Assembly (NCBI GenBank): GCA_013239625.1
Contig: MU053376.1
Span: 1,760,833 to 1,824,832, forward strand
Source of the DNA: Lama guanicoe
Taxonomy: Eukaryota
DNA length: 64,000 nucleotides
Direction of reading: 5' to 3'
This document shows, one piece after another, positions 25,041 through 38,811 of this stretch. A model generated the notes under the pieces. The model had not been told where the DNA came from. It made no database searches and saw nothing but the letters and a program-made list of their open reading frames with translations. The first letter of the stretch is position 1. Each line of letters begins with the position of its first letter. The translations under genes and the position numbers were made by a program.

Positions 25041-26686
25041 GAAGTTCTACCTGAATTCCACGATAAGGGTGAAACATAGTATGGACAAAAGGTATTTTGG
25101 GATATCCTGAATCCATGTATATTTCAGAGTGAAGTGGCAGGAGTGATGGCAAATTTTGCTCAATGCTCTTACCTCTTCCATCCCCTGGTTGTTGTCAAAG
25201 AATGCATCATTATTACGGAAGAGTTCTGTGAGACTGAAGAAGAGAGAGTCAAAATATCGAGCTTAGCAGAGTCGTTTCACCCAGGCGACAAACTCTTGGC
25301 AAGTCAGGGCTGTGACTTATCCCTCCTTCCTTCCCTCCCTTTCTTTCTTTCTTCTGTCTTCCTATACAGCTTAGAAATAAGGCAGTAAAGTTTGTAAACA
25401 TTTATGTTGAAGAATAGCAGTATGCTACAAAACTTCACCTGCATCCACCCACATCTCAGGTGAGAATTTTGTGTTATCTCAAAGAGAAGATGAGAAGTCC
25501 CATACTTATGGCCAATAGATCATATTAGATCTTCAAGTAAGGAAAAGCTATCAGAAGTAAATAGAGGCACTCCATATGTTCTGAAACACTCATTCAAGCT
25601 TGTAGAAGAAATATTTCATTCACTTTGATCAAAAGATTACTGATATTATAGACCCATATTCAGTTTTTAACTGGGGTGCAGTCTCCTGCTATTCCTCATC
25701 AACCACCTTTCTACTGGTTTAGTTATTCATATTATGTACTCATTAGATTTAGATTAACTTAATGGAGATACATGGTGAATTCAACTGTGAATAACACACT
25801 TAAAATAATAATTACAATACCTTTTGTAAGCACCACGCTTAACAGTAGCTCAATACCTTCTTTTCCTTTGGCTATTTATTTCCACAAGGTAGATTAAACT
25901 GCATTTTCAGTGGAACATTTACTTGGGTAGAACAAAATGTTCCTAAAATGCGATCTAGCACATAAAGATCTGAACACTTTAGAAAGTCAGCTTCATTAAA
26001 TTTATTTCGGAAGTACATAAGTTAAAATGTTTAAAGATTACTATATTAAGGGATATTAGGTCATTTGCATAATCTCGAGGAGAGGAAACCAGAAAACCAA
26101 GCTTAGGGTCTGGGCAGCCAGAACCAGTCCAGCTGCCAGACAGGCCAACGCTGGGCAGGGACACTATGCCAAGCCCCAGTATCTATTTGGTCTAGAGGTT
26201 GGATGTCTCATTGCCACCTCCGTGCTCTCACCTGAATGCGTTCCACCACAGCCTCATCTTCCCAGCACTGTCTTCCACACTGAAATCACGTGCAGGGGCA
26301 CTGATGGGAGGATCCTGTGCCATGTCCCTGAGCCCTGGCTTCAAGGGAAGCTGGGAAAATTTGGCTATTTTCAAAAGGCAGACTCACTAGACGGAAGACT
26401 TCCCAAATACAGTAAGAGTGTTCAAAGCATCTAGATGGCTAGAAAGAATGACAAGTGCTATGACACAAAGTATGACATAATGGCATGATTTTAAATACAA
26501 ATATTTTGTTTAAATAGCACTTGATCAAGGATTGCATAATAATGTTCTTTTCACTGTAATCTTCACCATAACACTGAGACAATGCCCTGCTTTTCCTCAT
26601 TAACTAATAAGGCAGGCTCTTTGATTTACTTTAAATTAATTGCATGAAAAGGAATGACTGATTAGTTAACAAAGAAGACTTTAAAA

Positions 26687-26840
26687 TTTTTTTTCGTTTT
26701 TAAATTTTTTTTCTTATTTTCTGAGAGGGGTAGATAATTAGGTTTGTTTGTTTGTTTGTTTGTTTTAGTGGCAGTATTGAGGACTGAACTCAGGACCCTG
26801 TGCATGCTATATCACTAAGCTATAGCCTTCTGCCACCAAT
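26687..26840 (-). mobile_element. Vic-1-like SINE with TSD
   Basis: Reverse-complement SINE head; TSD aagactttaaaa at 26675-26686 and 26841-26852. Confidence 0.88.
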
Positions 26841-27449
26841 AAGACTTTAAAAGGCATGCTCCACAGTGTTTGGTTGGGGGTTTGCATTCTAAAGTTGACA
26901 TTGAAGTTCAGCGCTTGAGGTGTTATCCTTTCATTCTGCATTTGAGATACAGATTTATTTTTTAACAGAATTTTAAAAAGTGAATTAGACACTGATCCCA
27001 CTTTAAGGATGGAAGCCACGGAACCATGTGATAAATCGATCAGGTGTCATGAGCCAGTAGACTAGCCAACACTGCTTTACTCTTCTCTGGGAAGGACTTG
27101 AATCTCCACATCCTGAATCAGCTTGCGACACCATCACAACTGGAATGAAAACAGCTAATCCCAGATTTGCCCTGCTGCCTGAAGTCCAGCTCAACTGTCA
27201 CTCTGCCTCATCTTTGCTTGCTTGCTGTTGAAATTATATTACATTCTTGAACTGATCAGTGAATAGATGTCCAGGGCCATTGTGTGTGACTGACTTGCAA
27301 TCCTCCAAAACCAAACCAAACCAAAACTGACCCAAGCCAGGAAACCAGAGGACTCTTCAGAGCAAGAAATCCACCCCACCTCTACAGCATCTGCAGTAGG
27401 AACTGGAACCCCAGACGTCTGCACTGCAAGAGCAAGTTCAAGGGGGCCC

Positions 27450-27610
27450 CGGTGGATCCTATAGCAGCCTATATCCCGTTTGACTTTTCATTTACTGGTG
27501 ATGAAGACTCTCTACACCCACAATGTGCTATTTGCAGAAAAGTGCTTATAAATAGCGGCCTGAAACCTTTTATCTTATTTGTTCATTTAGAAACAAAACA
27601 GTCGGAACCT
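27450..27610 (+). mobile_element. hAT Charlie/Buster transposase fragment (BED zinc finger)
   Basis: YIPFDFSFTGDEDSLHPQCAICRKVLINSGLKPFILFVHLETKQ resembles the Buster/ZBED5/SCAND3 BED motif (YxxFGF..G....PQCxxCxxxLxNxxMKPxxLxRHLETKH). Confidence 0.8.
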
Positions 27611-30600
27611 TATCTTTGCTTAATGCATATGGTATTCCGGTCGCTGTCAGAGACCTTTTAGTTACGAGAAAGTGACAGCCGCTTCTGCTTTCAGCCAACC
27701 CATAAAGTGGAGATGAGGAAATAGATTAAATACTAAACTAGGGACCCAGTCCCTTAGCAGCCCTGAAGGAGTTAGACGTGAAGGCTCCTGCTATGGAATA
27801 GATGCCTCTTTGAGGCGATGAAAGAACACATTTTAGCAAGGATCCCACCTTATCTACCACTTCACAGAAAGTCCCGAACCCAAAGCAGCCAGTGCCTGTG
27901 GTGGAGATGGCGCCTACAGAGGCTGACAGAACCTCTTCACTCACCAAGTCGTGTGCCCAGCATGGGGCTGTCTGCCAGGTGGGTGGGACCTGGCCTCACG
28001 TGTCTCCATCATGCCCTAACCTGCCACGTTCACAGCCCATCAGCAGCTCCAAGACACGCAAGGGGTATCTGCCTCGCCTCCCCTTCTGGCAATATAGTTG
28101 GGGAAGTTGGGGGGCTCCAAATAATTGTTCTTCTGAATTTATGCACTCAACTGGACTTCCTGGCTGATATGCCAGTTCCACCCGGCCACCCCACCCACAG
28201 CCTTGTTTCTTGTTACCACTTATCTGCTCTGTTGCTAAGATACCTTGATGGTCGCCCTCCTCTATTCAGGTCACGGACCCCTTTGAGAAGCCAATGAAAA
28301 TTCTGAACCCTCTTGGCTAAAAATAAAAGAACCACATGGACGCATGAGCACAATAATTTATATGTAATAGACAACCCTGTGAAGCTCATCTCCAGACCTC
28401 AGCTCTCATCCTAATCTTTTCTAAACTGCTCTCCATATTTCTGCCAGGGTGAACTCAGAAAAAAAAAAAGTGGGATTCTAAGTACCTTCAGGAAAATTTC
28501 CAAGCTCCCTTTCGCACACTTCTCACAACCCCTCGACCCACGATTTCACTCCAGCCAGGGCGGCAGCAACCAGTTTGTGTGCAAATGTGACCCAACAATA
28601 GCCCTCCTCAGCTGTCCACACCTCGCTGTCTGTCCCAGGGCTTCTCTGCCAGTGCCGTCACGTGGGACAACTGTGGGAACCCACTCAACCGCTGTGTGTG
28701 TGTGTGATTGGAAGCACAGGGGAATTATCACCCTGCACGTGGAACAACAGCTCTCGGCCAGTGAGGGCCAGGGGCTGGTGGATAAATACTCCCTCTTTCA
28801 TCTCTTAAGCAGATGGTTCTGATCCTTGTGGGGTGAAGGTCCAGTGGCTTTCAGGGATGGGCAGCCCCGTACACACCCTTGGATCGATTTTCCCTCCCCA
28901 GTGATTTCACCTCCCCAGTTTCTCACTCCAGTTCTTGGGACTACCTGAACGCAAGCCCTTTTTCAGGCTCTGCTCTTGGGGGGATCCCAAGACCAGACAG
29001 ATGGCACAAAGGGTTCTGCATGGTGTGGCCCCTGCCCACCTTTCAAATCTCCTCTTCTGTGGCTCCAACCATCACACAGTAACTATGGCCTCTCTCATAC
29101 TGTTAAGCTTGTCACACCTCAGTTGAGACAGGCTGCTGCTCTTCCTTAGGGCGAATTCTTCCTTGTCCTTCAAGTTAGAGTTTATGTCACCTCTTCCGGG
29201 AAAATGTACCTGAGAACCTCTCCCCAGTCTACGTTACCGGCCCTTCCTCCGGGGACCCAGAGTCCCGAGGGTCCCGCATCACAGCACTTACCACGCCACA
29301 CAGGAAATATCCATTAGTCCATCTGCCTCCCTCCCGGGGCTGAGAGCTGCTGGAAGCACAGCCAGTGAGTTTTCTCTTTCTCAAGTCTAGGACAGTGCCT
29401 GGGACGCAAAATTGGCACTGAGTAATTATTGGTGGGCTGACAGATGGAATGAATGTTGTAGGAGACTTTTGAAATGAGCTTGGGGCAGGTGATATTTGGG
29501 TCTTTCTAATATCTGGGCCCGAATGAAGCCAAGAGGAAAGTCCAGGTGGGCTGCATGTGTCCCTGTGGCCTGCAGAGACAGGCCCCGGCCTGAATGGCCC
29601 GTGTGCGGGGTGGGCCTCTTTTTCAGGACAGCCGGTAAAAACCTGGGCTGGCTACTTTCCCCTAATGGGCCTCCTGGGACTTTGCATGTCCTGCTGGGGG
29701 AAGCTGATCTCAACACAGATCAGATATGTCAATGCTGTCTCTTTTCCAGGTCCTGCTGCATAAGAAAATGCAAGAAGTCACTTCTCTGAGTTTGGTTCAG
29801 CAGACTCCCACTCAGGAGCCAAATCTGAAAGGCTGCAAAGATGCAGGACATGCGGCTTCTTCACCGCTTTTTTGCTGGATGCCTTTGGGCAAGTGACCTA
29901 AACTCTGTGGGCTTCAGTGTCCCCACGTGCACATCAGTCAGACTTCCCTGGCCTTCCCATGCCCATGGGCACCAGGGAGGCCACGTTAACATCAGCCCTA
30001 CATGGTGCTGACCACCTGGCCTGGCTTCAGAATCTGCGAGTATTGCGTCTCGCCTGTTATCTCCGAGGCCAACAGGAGGCCGCCCACATGTGCTCAGGTT
30101 CTGCGGAGAAGCTCTTTGGAGAGGATCCCTGGCCACTGTCGCTGCTGCCGTGCCTGAGGTCTGAGTTAAATAACACAAAGTTTATGTGGACCTTTTCTAT
30201 TGACAAAGCTTTAGTGGGAGACTCTGACGATCTATTTTCCAGGGATCAGATGTTTTAAGTACAAAATGTAAAAATGTGGACACAAAGGAGAGGCCTAAAC
30301 ATATAAGCATAGCATCAGGGGAAGCCTTTTTTAGAACTGATCTATTCAACCACGTTTTGATCAAGGCCTCATCTTTTCCGAAATGATTTCTGGCTTAAAG
30401 ACAGCAGGTGGCAGTAGAAGCCAGCTTTTTCAGAGCAGAAGTTTCTGGAGCTTCAAATGGTTCTCAGTGGAGGAGAGAAGCAGATTTTTAGTAAAAACCT
30501 TTCATCTAAAAATCTCAACTCAGCAGAAGAACAAAACCAAAACAGAATGAGGAACGGCTGTGCCATCAGCCTCAGCCACTACAGACCCCCGACGTCATTC

Positions 30601-30849
30601 CCTGCCTGCTGTCCCCAGATCCACACCCTGTCCTTCCAAGGGGTGCTGGGATTTCCACGGACGGTAGCCTGGAAAGGAACCCGGGGTCCGTCTGGCCTTG
30701 AATAGAGTTCCTGTCCTGATGGTGCCCTTGGTGAAGACGTTCACCAGGAAACAGGCTCTGATCAGGGTTGGACTCACTGGAAGTCAGCCCAAATTCAGAA
30801 CAAGTTTATGCACGAAAAAGGGGTTTTTAGAAAGATCTTGCTGGTAATA

Positions 30850-31210
30850 AAAAGAAATGCAGTGTTGCTATATGCTGCAACATGGATAAACCTCAAAAAC
30901 ATCATGCTAAGTGAAAGAAGACAGTCACAAAAGACCACATAATGCATGACACCGTTTATAGGAAATGTCCAGAACAGGCAAATCTAGAGACAGAAAATAG
31001 ATTAGTGGTTGTTTAGGGCTGGGGAGGTGGTGACGCAGGAGTGCCTGCTAATGAGTACAAGGTTTCTTTTGGGGGTGATGACAACGTCCCAAAATTAGGT
31101 GATGGCGATGTTTGCAGAACTCTATAAATACACTAAAAACGATTGAATCGTATGCTTTAAATGGGTGAGCTTTATGGTATGTAAAGTATCTCAATAAAAC
31201 TGTTTTTTTA
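30850..31210 (+). mobile_element. Older L1 (L1MB/MC-like) 3' end
   Basis: atgctgcaacatggataaacctcaaaaacatcatgctaagtgaaagaag...tatctcaataaaactgtt. Confidence 0.85.
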
Positions 31211-31604
31211 AAAGAAGAGAAAAGGGAAAGTATACTTCGATCAGTAATGAATTTCAAGTGAAAATAAACCTCAAAAAACTATTCAATAGGAGAGAAAAAG
31301 ACTCTGCAGCTGCAACAGAAAAGAATTGGAGGTTGGTTAGAAATATGACTCTGGTTCATGGCGGAACTTTACTTTTTGTTTAGGAGGCGACATCATAATG
31401 GTACCATATGCTTCCTGCTTTGGTCACACACTTTCTATTCCTAAGAACCGCAAATACTTGTTCACCTTCAAAAGTGACGAGAAGCGAGAGGTTGTTGTCT
31501 CACTGATTTAGGGGATCATGCTCCTTCTGGAAAGAATACAGAACAGGCCAGTAGAAACAGCAAAAATCTGAAGTCACACAGGCCTGGTTTCAAATCTCAG
31601 ATCC

Positions 31605-31733
31605 AGGGGGAGGGTATAGTTCAGTGGTAGAGTGCACGCCTAGCATGTACAAGGTCCTGAGTTCAATCCCCAATACCTCCATTAAAGAAAACAAAATGAA
31701 TAAATTTAATTACCTCCCACACCATTTTTTTTT
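31605..31733 (+). mobile_element. Vic-1-like SINE with TSD
   Basis: TSD aaatctcagatcc at 31592-31604 and 31734-31746. Confidence 0.9.
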
Positions 31734-32758
31734 AAATCTCAGATCCTCCTCTTATTGGCTATGAGGTGTCAGTTCCTCTTCCATAGTCATATCTCATGGA
31801 GAATGATTTAACATGAAACATGAAAATGCCTAGCCTGTAGTAAATAATGGTACATATGCAATTTTCCTGGAATGTCCAGCCTTACCAACAAGAAGACATT
31901 TTCTCTTAAAACCAAGCTGTGTCATGCTCTCCTATTACTCTGTGACTCTGAAGGTCTTCTCTACTGCCCCCTACCCCTACCCACAAGCCCATTTTCTATC
32001 AACAACCTTATTATCACTTTTTACAGCAATGGAAACTCCTTGAAAATGGAAAATTAGTCAATGGCCTTACTGTATTGGGAAGAATCTGAGTGGAAGGGAC
32101 CCCTCTCCCTGGCTACCTAAAACACAAGACTACTCAATGATCCATGTCTACAGTATAACCCTGGATGACAACGATGCGATGGGAACACTGCTCCCACCAG
32201 AACAACAGTTTTTATGTTAGAGAATTTGAGCTGTTAGAATTAGAAACATTTCTAGAAGCTACAGAATATAAGGATAAAATGTCACCATGTCGGTCAACAC
32301 TGCACTTAAAATTCGTGCCAATTTTCAACTCCATAGGCATCTTAGTTAGCTTTGGAGGGAAATTATGCTCTGTTCATAGTGTAACGGATGAGAAAATGAG
32401 CCAAGGGGCCAGGCTGTCCAATGTCAAAGCTTGGCTCTGCCTCCTGTGCAACCAGGACAACGACTTAACCTCTCTGTGCTTCCTCATGGATCAATGAAGG
32501 GAACACTAATAGCCATCTCATCAGGCTACTGTAAGCATTCTGTGTGTTAATGTCAAATGCTTAGAACAGTGCTTGGCACGTAATAAGCACTCAATAAATC
32601 CATTAATTCAACAAATGTTTATTGAATATAGCTGTGGTGCAATATGTGACACTGTTTCATGTTGGAAATACCAAAGTCGACAAAACAGAGGAAGTCCCTG
32701 CCCTCATGGAGCTTACAGCCTGGTGGGAAGAGGCAAACAACAGAAAATGCATAGATAT

Positions 32759-33114
32759 GGCTGTGGGTTGAATTGTGTCCTCCTCTTCCCTTCCTCTCCC
32801 CCAGTTCATAGGTCGAAGCCCTAGCCCCCAGTGCAATGGTACTTGGAGACAGAGCCTTTGGGAGGTAATTGGGGTTAGATGAGATCATGAAGATGGGGTT
32901 TCCTTGATGGGATCAGTGCCATCACAAGAAGGGAAAGAGACACCAAAGCGCTCTCCCCGCCACGTGAGGACACAGTGAGAAGGTGGCCATCTACAACCAG
33001 GAAGGCAGCATTCCCTTCCAGGAACCAAATCTGCCAGCACCTTAATCTTGGTCTTCAAGCTGTGAGAAATAAATATCCTGTTACTTTGTTATAGCAGCCT
33101 GAGCAGACTAACAC
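32759..33114 (+). mobile_element. MLT1A-like MaLR solo LTR
   Basis: gggttgaattgtgtcc...gccacgtgaggacacagtgagaaggtggccatctacaa...gttatagcagcctgagcagactaacaca. Confidence 0.8.
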
Positions 33115-34528
33115 AGATTTATTTGTAAATACATATTTGAAATAGGAACCTTGCATGGGTACATAGATGGTTTTACTGAAGGAAAGAGCTCTATACTAAA
33201 CTACAGTGGGTAGCCTGCATTTTAATTTTAGCAATGGTACCTACTCTCAACAGTATAGCCTTGGAGAGCTGCCTGATGGCTCTTAGCTTAGATGCCTGCA
33301 TCTGTAAAATGGTGAACTAGGTGATCCTGGAAATGTTTGGCTCTGCCCATCTAGCGGTCGGCATAGCAATTCACCTTCTGGGTAAATTACACACCCAGGT
33401 GTGCTGATGCTTAGCGTGTCAGAGAGGGTGTCCTCAGAGTAGGCAATGATCATCTCAATTGTACTTTTCAAATAGAAGATTAATTAAATCCTAAATTTGG
33501 ATTTGGCTCCCAAGTTAGCACTGAAACAGAAGCAGTCAGTGTGCGTCAGACAGAGCAGCTCCTTCGGATTATTTTTTCCCTCTTCCTTGGCTTATTGTGA
33601 GCTCTGACTGTGCGGCTCTCTCGGAGCCTCTCCCCTCCCAGATAACAGCCAAGACGACAGAGCTGATGGTTTCCCTGAGGTTCTTTTAATAAACGGCTGA
33701 CATCTGATTGATCCATTCTCATTTCACCCACTCCTTTTGCAGAAAACCTGTAGAGAGTGTAACAGCACAAGAGAATCATTTTTTAAATTATTCAGACATT
33801 TTGTGAAATATGATTTCTCTGCTTCTCTCAGCTCTGAATACTTTCACTGGGATGTCTTGGATGTAAAAGGTTTATTCAAGTTCTCTTGCTCTTGGATTCT
33901 GCAATTCTCTAAGTAGGTGACAGCTTCTAGAGATGCATCCAAGAAAGCACCTTATCACTTCCATCCTTTGATCCCTGGGCACCTTCTACTATCAAACACA
34001 CTAAAGGAAACAAGAGACTTCTCCTGTTAGCTCTGCAGTGGAACTGAGGGGCAATCACAAAGAACTCAGAGTATATTGTATAATGCAGCTGTCAGGCAGC
34101 TCGTCATGGTGGAAGTATTTTTTCATAGTAATGAGACTGGAAGGATCTTCATAAAACCAGCAGATGTATTATTTTCACTTCTGAACAGTCCATTTTATAA
34201 TAGATTGTTTCTCAAAATGGAACTAGAAGTGAGATTTTTGGAATATTTAAGAATCTGCTCAATCTCACACTTAAGCACAAATAAAAATCACAAGAGAATG
34301 CTTAGTAGATTGGCAAAGAATTTGAAAAGTGAATAATGAAAAGATCATACAAAGGTGTTAGGAGTATAATTCGGGGAATGGAAGACAACCTGACAGTATT
34401 TATTAAATTTTATAGTGCACAAAGACTTGGATTCAGTAATTCCACTTCGAGGAATTTATCCCACAGATTTTCCAGACATGTGCTCAAAGACATAAGTGTA
34501 AAGGTATTTATTGCTGAATTATTTATGA

Positions 34529-34915
34529 GAGGAGAGAAAGGAAGGAAGGAAGGAAGGGAGGAAGGGAGGAAGGAAGGGAGGAAGGGAGGAAGGGAGGAAG
34601 GAAGGGAGGAAGGGAGGAAGGAAGGAAGGAAGAAAGAGAAAGAAAGAAAGAAAGAAAGAAAGGAAGGAAGGAAGGGAGGAAGGGAGGAAGGGAGGAAGGA
34701 AGAAAGAGAAAGAAAGAAAGAAAGAAAGAGAAAGAGAGAAAGAGAAAGAAGGAAAGAAGGAAAGAAAGAAAGAAGGAAAGAAGGAAAGAGAAAGAAAGTA
34801 AGAAAGAAAGAAAGAAAGAAAGAAAGAGAAAGAGAGAAAGAGAAAGAAGGAAAGAAGGAAAGAAAAAGAAAGAAAGAAAGAAAGAAAGAAAGGAAGGAAG
34901 GAAGAAAGGAAGGAA
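34529..34915. repeat. Compound (GGAA)n/(GAAA)n polypurine microsatellite
   Basis: About 390 bp almost entirely A/G on the plus strand. Confidence 0.97.
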
Positions 34916-35311
34916 AACTTAGAGGTTTATGAAGAAGACTGGTTATGTAAGTTAGTAAGTGAGAGCATACCCATATAATGGAATATTATTAAAGAATAAT
35001 CTTCATGAAGTACTGCTAAAGGAGAAAAGGGCACAGAAACATATGTGGGTAATTTGTTTAATCATTTCTTTAATATTCAGCAACTAGTGACCCAGGTGGC
35101 CACTGGGGAGGGAAATCAGAATACAGTTTCTCTTTTACACCCTTATCTTTCATAGTATACTTTTTAAACATTGGGATATTATATCATTTGTGTGGTGTAT
35201 TTTTATAAGTAACTAAAATGCCAACAGCCACAATAGTGACACACACACAAATCTATTGGAATGACAGCTTGCATGAATTGAAGTTTGCTGTATGTCAGGC
35301 ACCTATTTTCT

Positions 35312-36483
35312 TTCTTTTTTTTAACATTTTTTATTGATTTATAATCATTTTACAATGTTATATCAAATTCCAGTGTAGAGCACAATTTTTCAGTTATACA
35401 TGAACATATATATATTCATTGTCACATTTTTCCTCTGTGAGCTACCGTAAGATCTTGTGTATATTTCCCTGTGCTATACAGTATAATCTTGTTTATCTAT
35501 TCTGCATTTTTGAAATCTCAGTCTATCCCTTCCCACCCTCCACCCACTTGGCAACCACAAGTTTGTATTCTATGTCTATGAGTCTATTTCTGTTTTGTAT
35601 TTATGCTTTGTTTGTAGTTTTTTTTTAGATTCCATATAGTTTTTCATAATATTCTCGTATGATATTCTGTATTTCTATTTTATTTGTTGTAATTTCTCCA
35701 TTTTCCTTTCTTATTTTGCTAATTTGTGCTCTCTCTTTTTTCGTCTTTGTGAGTTTGGCCAGAGGTTTGTCGATTTTATTTACTCTTTCAAAAAACCAGC
35801 TTTTGGTTTGATTGATTTTTTTCTATGGTTTTTTTAATCTCTGTTTTATTTATTTCCTCCCTAATCTTTATAATTTCCTTCCTTCTGCTGCTTTTTGGGG
35901 CTTTTTGTTCTTCTTTTTCTAGTTCTTTCAGCTGGTGGGCTAAATTGTTAATTTGAGATTGCTCTTTGGTTTTTTAATAACATATTGTTTAATCTCCATG
36001 CTTTCCTTTTTTTCTCCTTTGTTTCTCTGTTGTTGATTTCTAGTTTCATGCCATTGTGGTCAGTAAAGATGCTTGAGATAATTTCTATCTTCTTAAAGTT
36101 GTTGAGGTTTCTTTTGTGCCCAAGTACATGATCAATCTTAGAAAATGTTCCATGTGCACTTGAAAAGAATGTATATCCTATTTTGGGGGGGTGTAATGCT
36201 CTGAAAAAAATCCACCAAATCTAATTTTTCTATTGTATTATTTAATTTCTCTGTTGCCTTATTTATTTTCTGTCTGGAAGATCTGTCTAGTGATGTTAAT
36301 GCGGTGTTAAAATCTCCAACTATGATTGTATTCCCATCAATATCCCCCTTTATCTCTGTTAGTAATTGTTTTATGTACTTAGGTGCTCCTATATTGGGTA
36401 CATATATATTAATGAATGTAATATCCTCATCTTGTATCACTCCTTTAATCATTATAAAATGTCCTTCTTTATCTTTCTTTATG
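35312..36483 (-). mobile_element. L1 insertion: ORF2 endonuclease-region fragment joined directly to the 3'UTR, flanked by a TSD
   Basis: ORF 36138-36452 (...EDITFINIYVPNIGAPKYIKQLL...IIVGDFNTALTSLDRSSRQKINK) is L1 EN. 3'UTR at ~35320-35635. TSD cag(g/a)cacc(t/g)attttct at 35296-35311 and 36484-36499. Confidence 0.9.
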
Positions 36484-38811
36484 CAGACACCGATTTTCTA
36501 AACACTTTGCATGTATGATTTGATTTAATTCAACCAGGACCTTGTAAGGTGGGTACTATTATTATTTCCATTTCACAGAGGGGGAAGATTGGGGTGGACA
36601 GATACTGAATAACTTGCCCAAGGATTCACACCTAGTCCATGACAGAGCTGAGATTTGAACCCATGCACCTTTGTTCTAAGACCAGAGTCTTAGCCACCAT
36701 GTTACCCAGCTCCTAGTCAATCTCAGACCTCCATAATGAACTCTTAATTATAGTGTAGCCAATATGAAGCTTAGAAAACAAACTCACATATGCAAGAATC
36801 ATCCCACTTTTTAATTTTCTTTGAATCAACTTAAATCCTATTCTGAGTCCCCATCCAGCTTTATTGGTAGAAAATATAATCATTATTGGGGATCCCCCCT
36901 TCAAGGGTTGTGCATGGTCCTGGGGTCTTGCTTGGTACAAACCCTGCCAGTTGTCAGCCAACATTGGTTACCCCAGAGCTGGCCACTGACCTGGTTCAAG
37001 ACTCTCCAATCACGATGGGTAGTCTTACCCACTCTTACCTCTACACTTCAAAATTCTTCATATTCTTGGGAAATTTTCTCCTTCTCTTTTTTCTGCTTCC
37101 TTCAAAGACATGGCAAATACTCTCTTCAGTGAACTCAGGTTTTATCTAAAGACAGTAAGATCATTCTACAAAACATCTCTAAAATGAGAAATTATTGAGG
37201 GCCTATCTAACTTGCTTAGATCAAAGGGGAAGAGAAAATATAGGAAGAAGGCAGAGAAATTCATATTTGAATAAATTATCCTGCCACAGAGTCATAGCCA
37301 TGGAAAACAGAATAATCTTGGATTTGGAATTTACCTCCTTCATCATTTCCTTCTGCAAGAGTTTGGACTTGTGTGGTTCTGGAATGATGATTATAATATA
37401 TAAATAAAACCATGTCTTCCACTGGTAGCCGATTTGAACTGAGACACAAGACATTTAACCCCTGCAGTTTGAAAGCAAAGGCATACAGATTAGGTTTTGC
37501 AGAAGGGACAAAAACTTGATGGGGAACCAAGGATAGTCCCCCTCTACACCTTTAAAGTCCTGAAATAAATATCAGTCAAGTTCCTGGCCCCTGCTTAGCT
37601 AACCAACAATTCATAAGTGCAGGAAAAAAAAAGACAAGATTGGAATCTAAGGAAGGAAGTGTTAATCCAAGGGCCTAGGATCAAAGAGAACATGCTTAAA
37701 TAGAAACCAGGTTGCCACCAGAACTTTAGGATGGTTATCACAAGCAGAAAAAAGGAAATGTATGATCTAAGCGTAGGATCTTTTGACTACAGGAGCCTGG
37801 GTAAAAGGTCTGCCCCAAATTCCATCTGCCACCAATGAAAGCAGAAAGGAAATGTGTAATGAGAGCCAAGCCATGGGGAAAGAGTCCAAGATGGGTGTGC
37901 CTCCTGTGTGTTTAGTAATAGTGTCCAGCTCAGCAAAGCTGAGTTTCTTTCTATTTTGGACTACTATCCATTTTAATGAGCAGGGAGCATTTGCTCTTAA
38001 GCAGTTTCAGAAACCCAATTTTCCCCCAACCTTTGTCTAAATTTTGTAGAGAAAAAGGAAAGGCTGTAAATTTGCTAGTGAACACTCCTGGTCAGCTCAT
38101 TCCTGGGCCTTTGCTCCACCTAGTGGATTTGCAGGCTAGAGAGGGCTCTGAGAAGAGACCAGTGATGAAAAGGGTGTACTTTTGCTGATAAATCCGGACT
38201 TCAGTCAGTTTGTTTAGAGACAATACTCTGTCCCACCCCAGTCTGTCCTTGTTCATACTGAAATGAGCTCTTTCATTTATTTCCATTAAAGCCAAATGTG
38301 TAGGTATGAGTCAGCATAATCTAATGCATTCTTTTTCTCCCTTCTTAACATAAATAGCATTATCTGATCAGGAGGCTCAATCAGCACAGAAAAGCATATT
38401 CCACTCATAATTATATCCTCGGATGGCCAAACTCAATCAAACCTCGGCAGGGTCATTTAATTAAATAATCGTCTATCACTTGTTAAATCCTATGAGGCTC
38501 CTTTGAGCAATAATTGGTTAAATAATCATAGGACTTTTTCAAGAAGTTTCACATTCAATTATAAAAACAAATGAAAACATGAAGTATGGCAAAGCTGAGA
38601 GTTTCAGGTACAAAGAGATTCAAAGCCGATTCTTACATAAAATCCATATGTGGAGATAAAGATTAATATTGGTGTGGGTTTAAGTCATTAGAGTATACAA
38701 AATAAATTCAACAATTTATACTTATTTGCTAGCTGATTGTGCCCCTGTCAGTCATCAGCCTTAAAGTCAAATAATTATTCTTTATTCCTTACCAATAGTT
38801 GATGTTTAATT

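Noticed and set aside
30400..30417. CTCF-like motif acagcaggtggcag (similar near 11936 and 33345)
   Set aside because: Imperfect matches of this length are common; not supportable without ChIP or conservation data.
34336..34932. 198-aa K/E/R-rich ORF
   Set aside because: Produced by the GGAA/GAAA microsatellite plus old repeat sequence.
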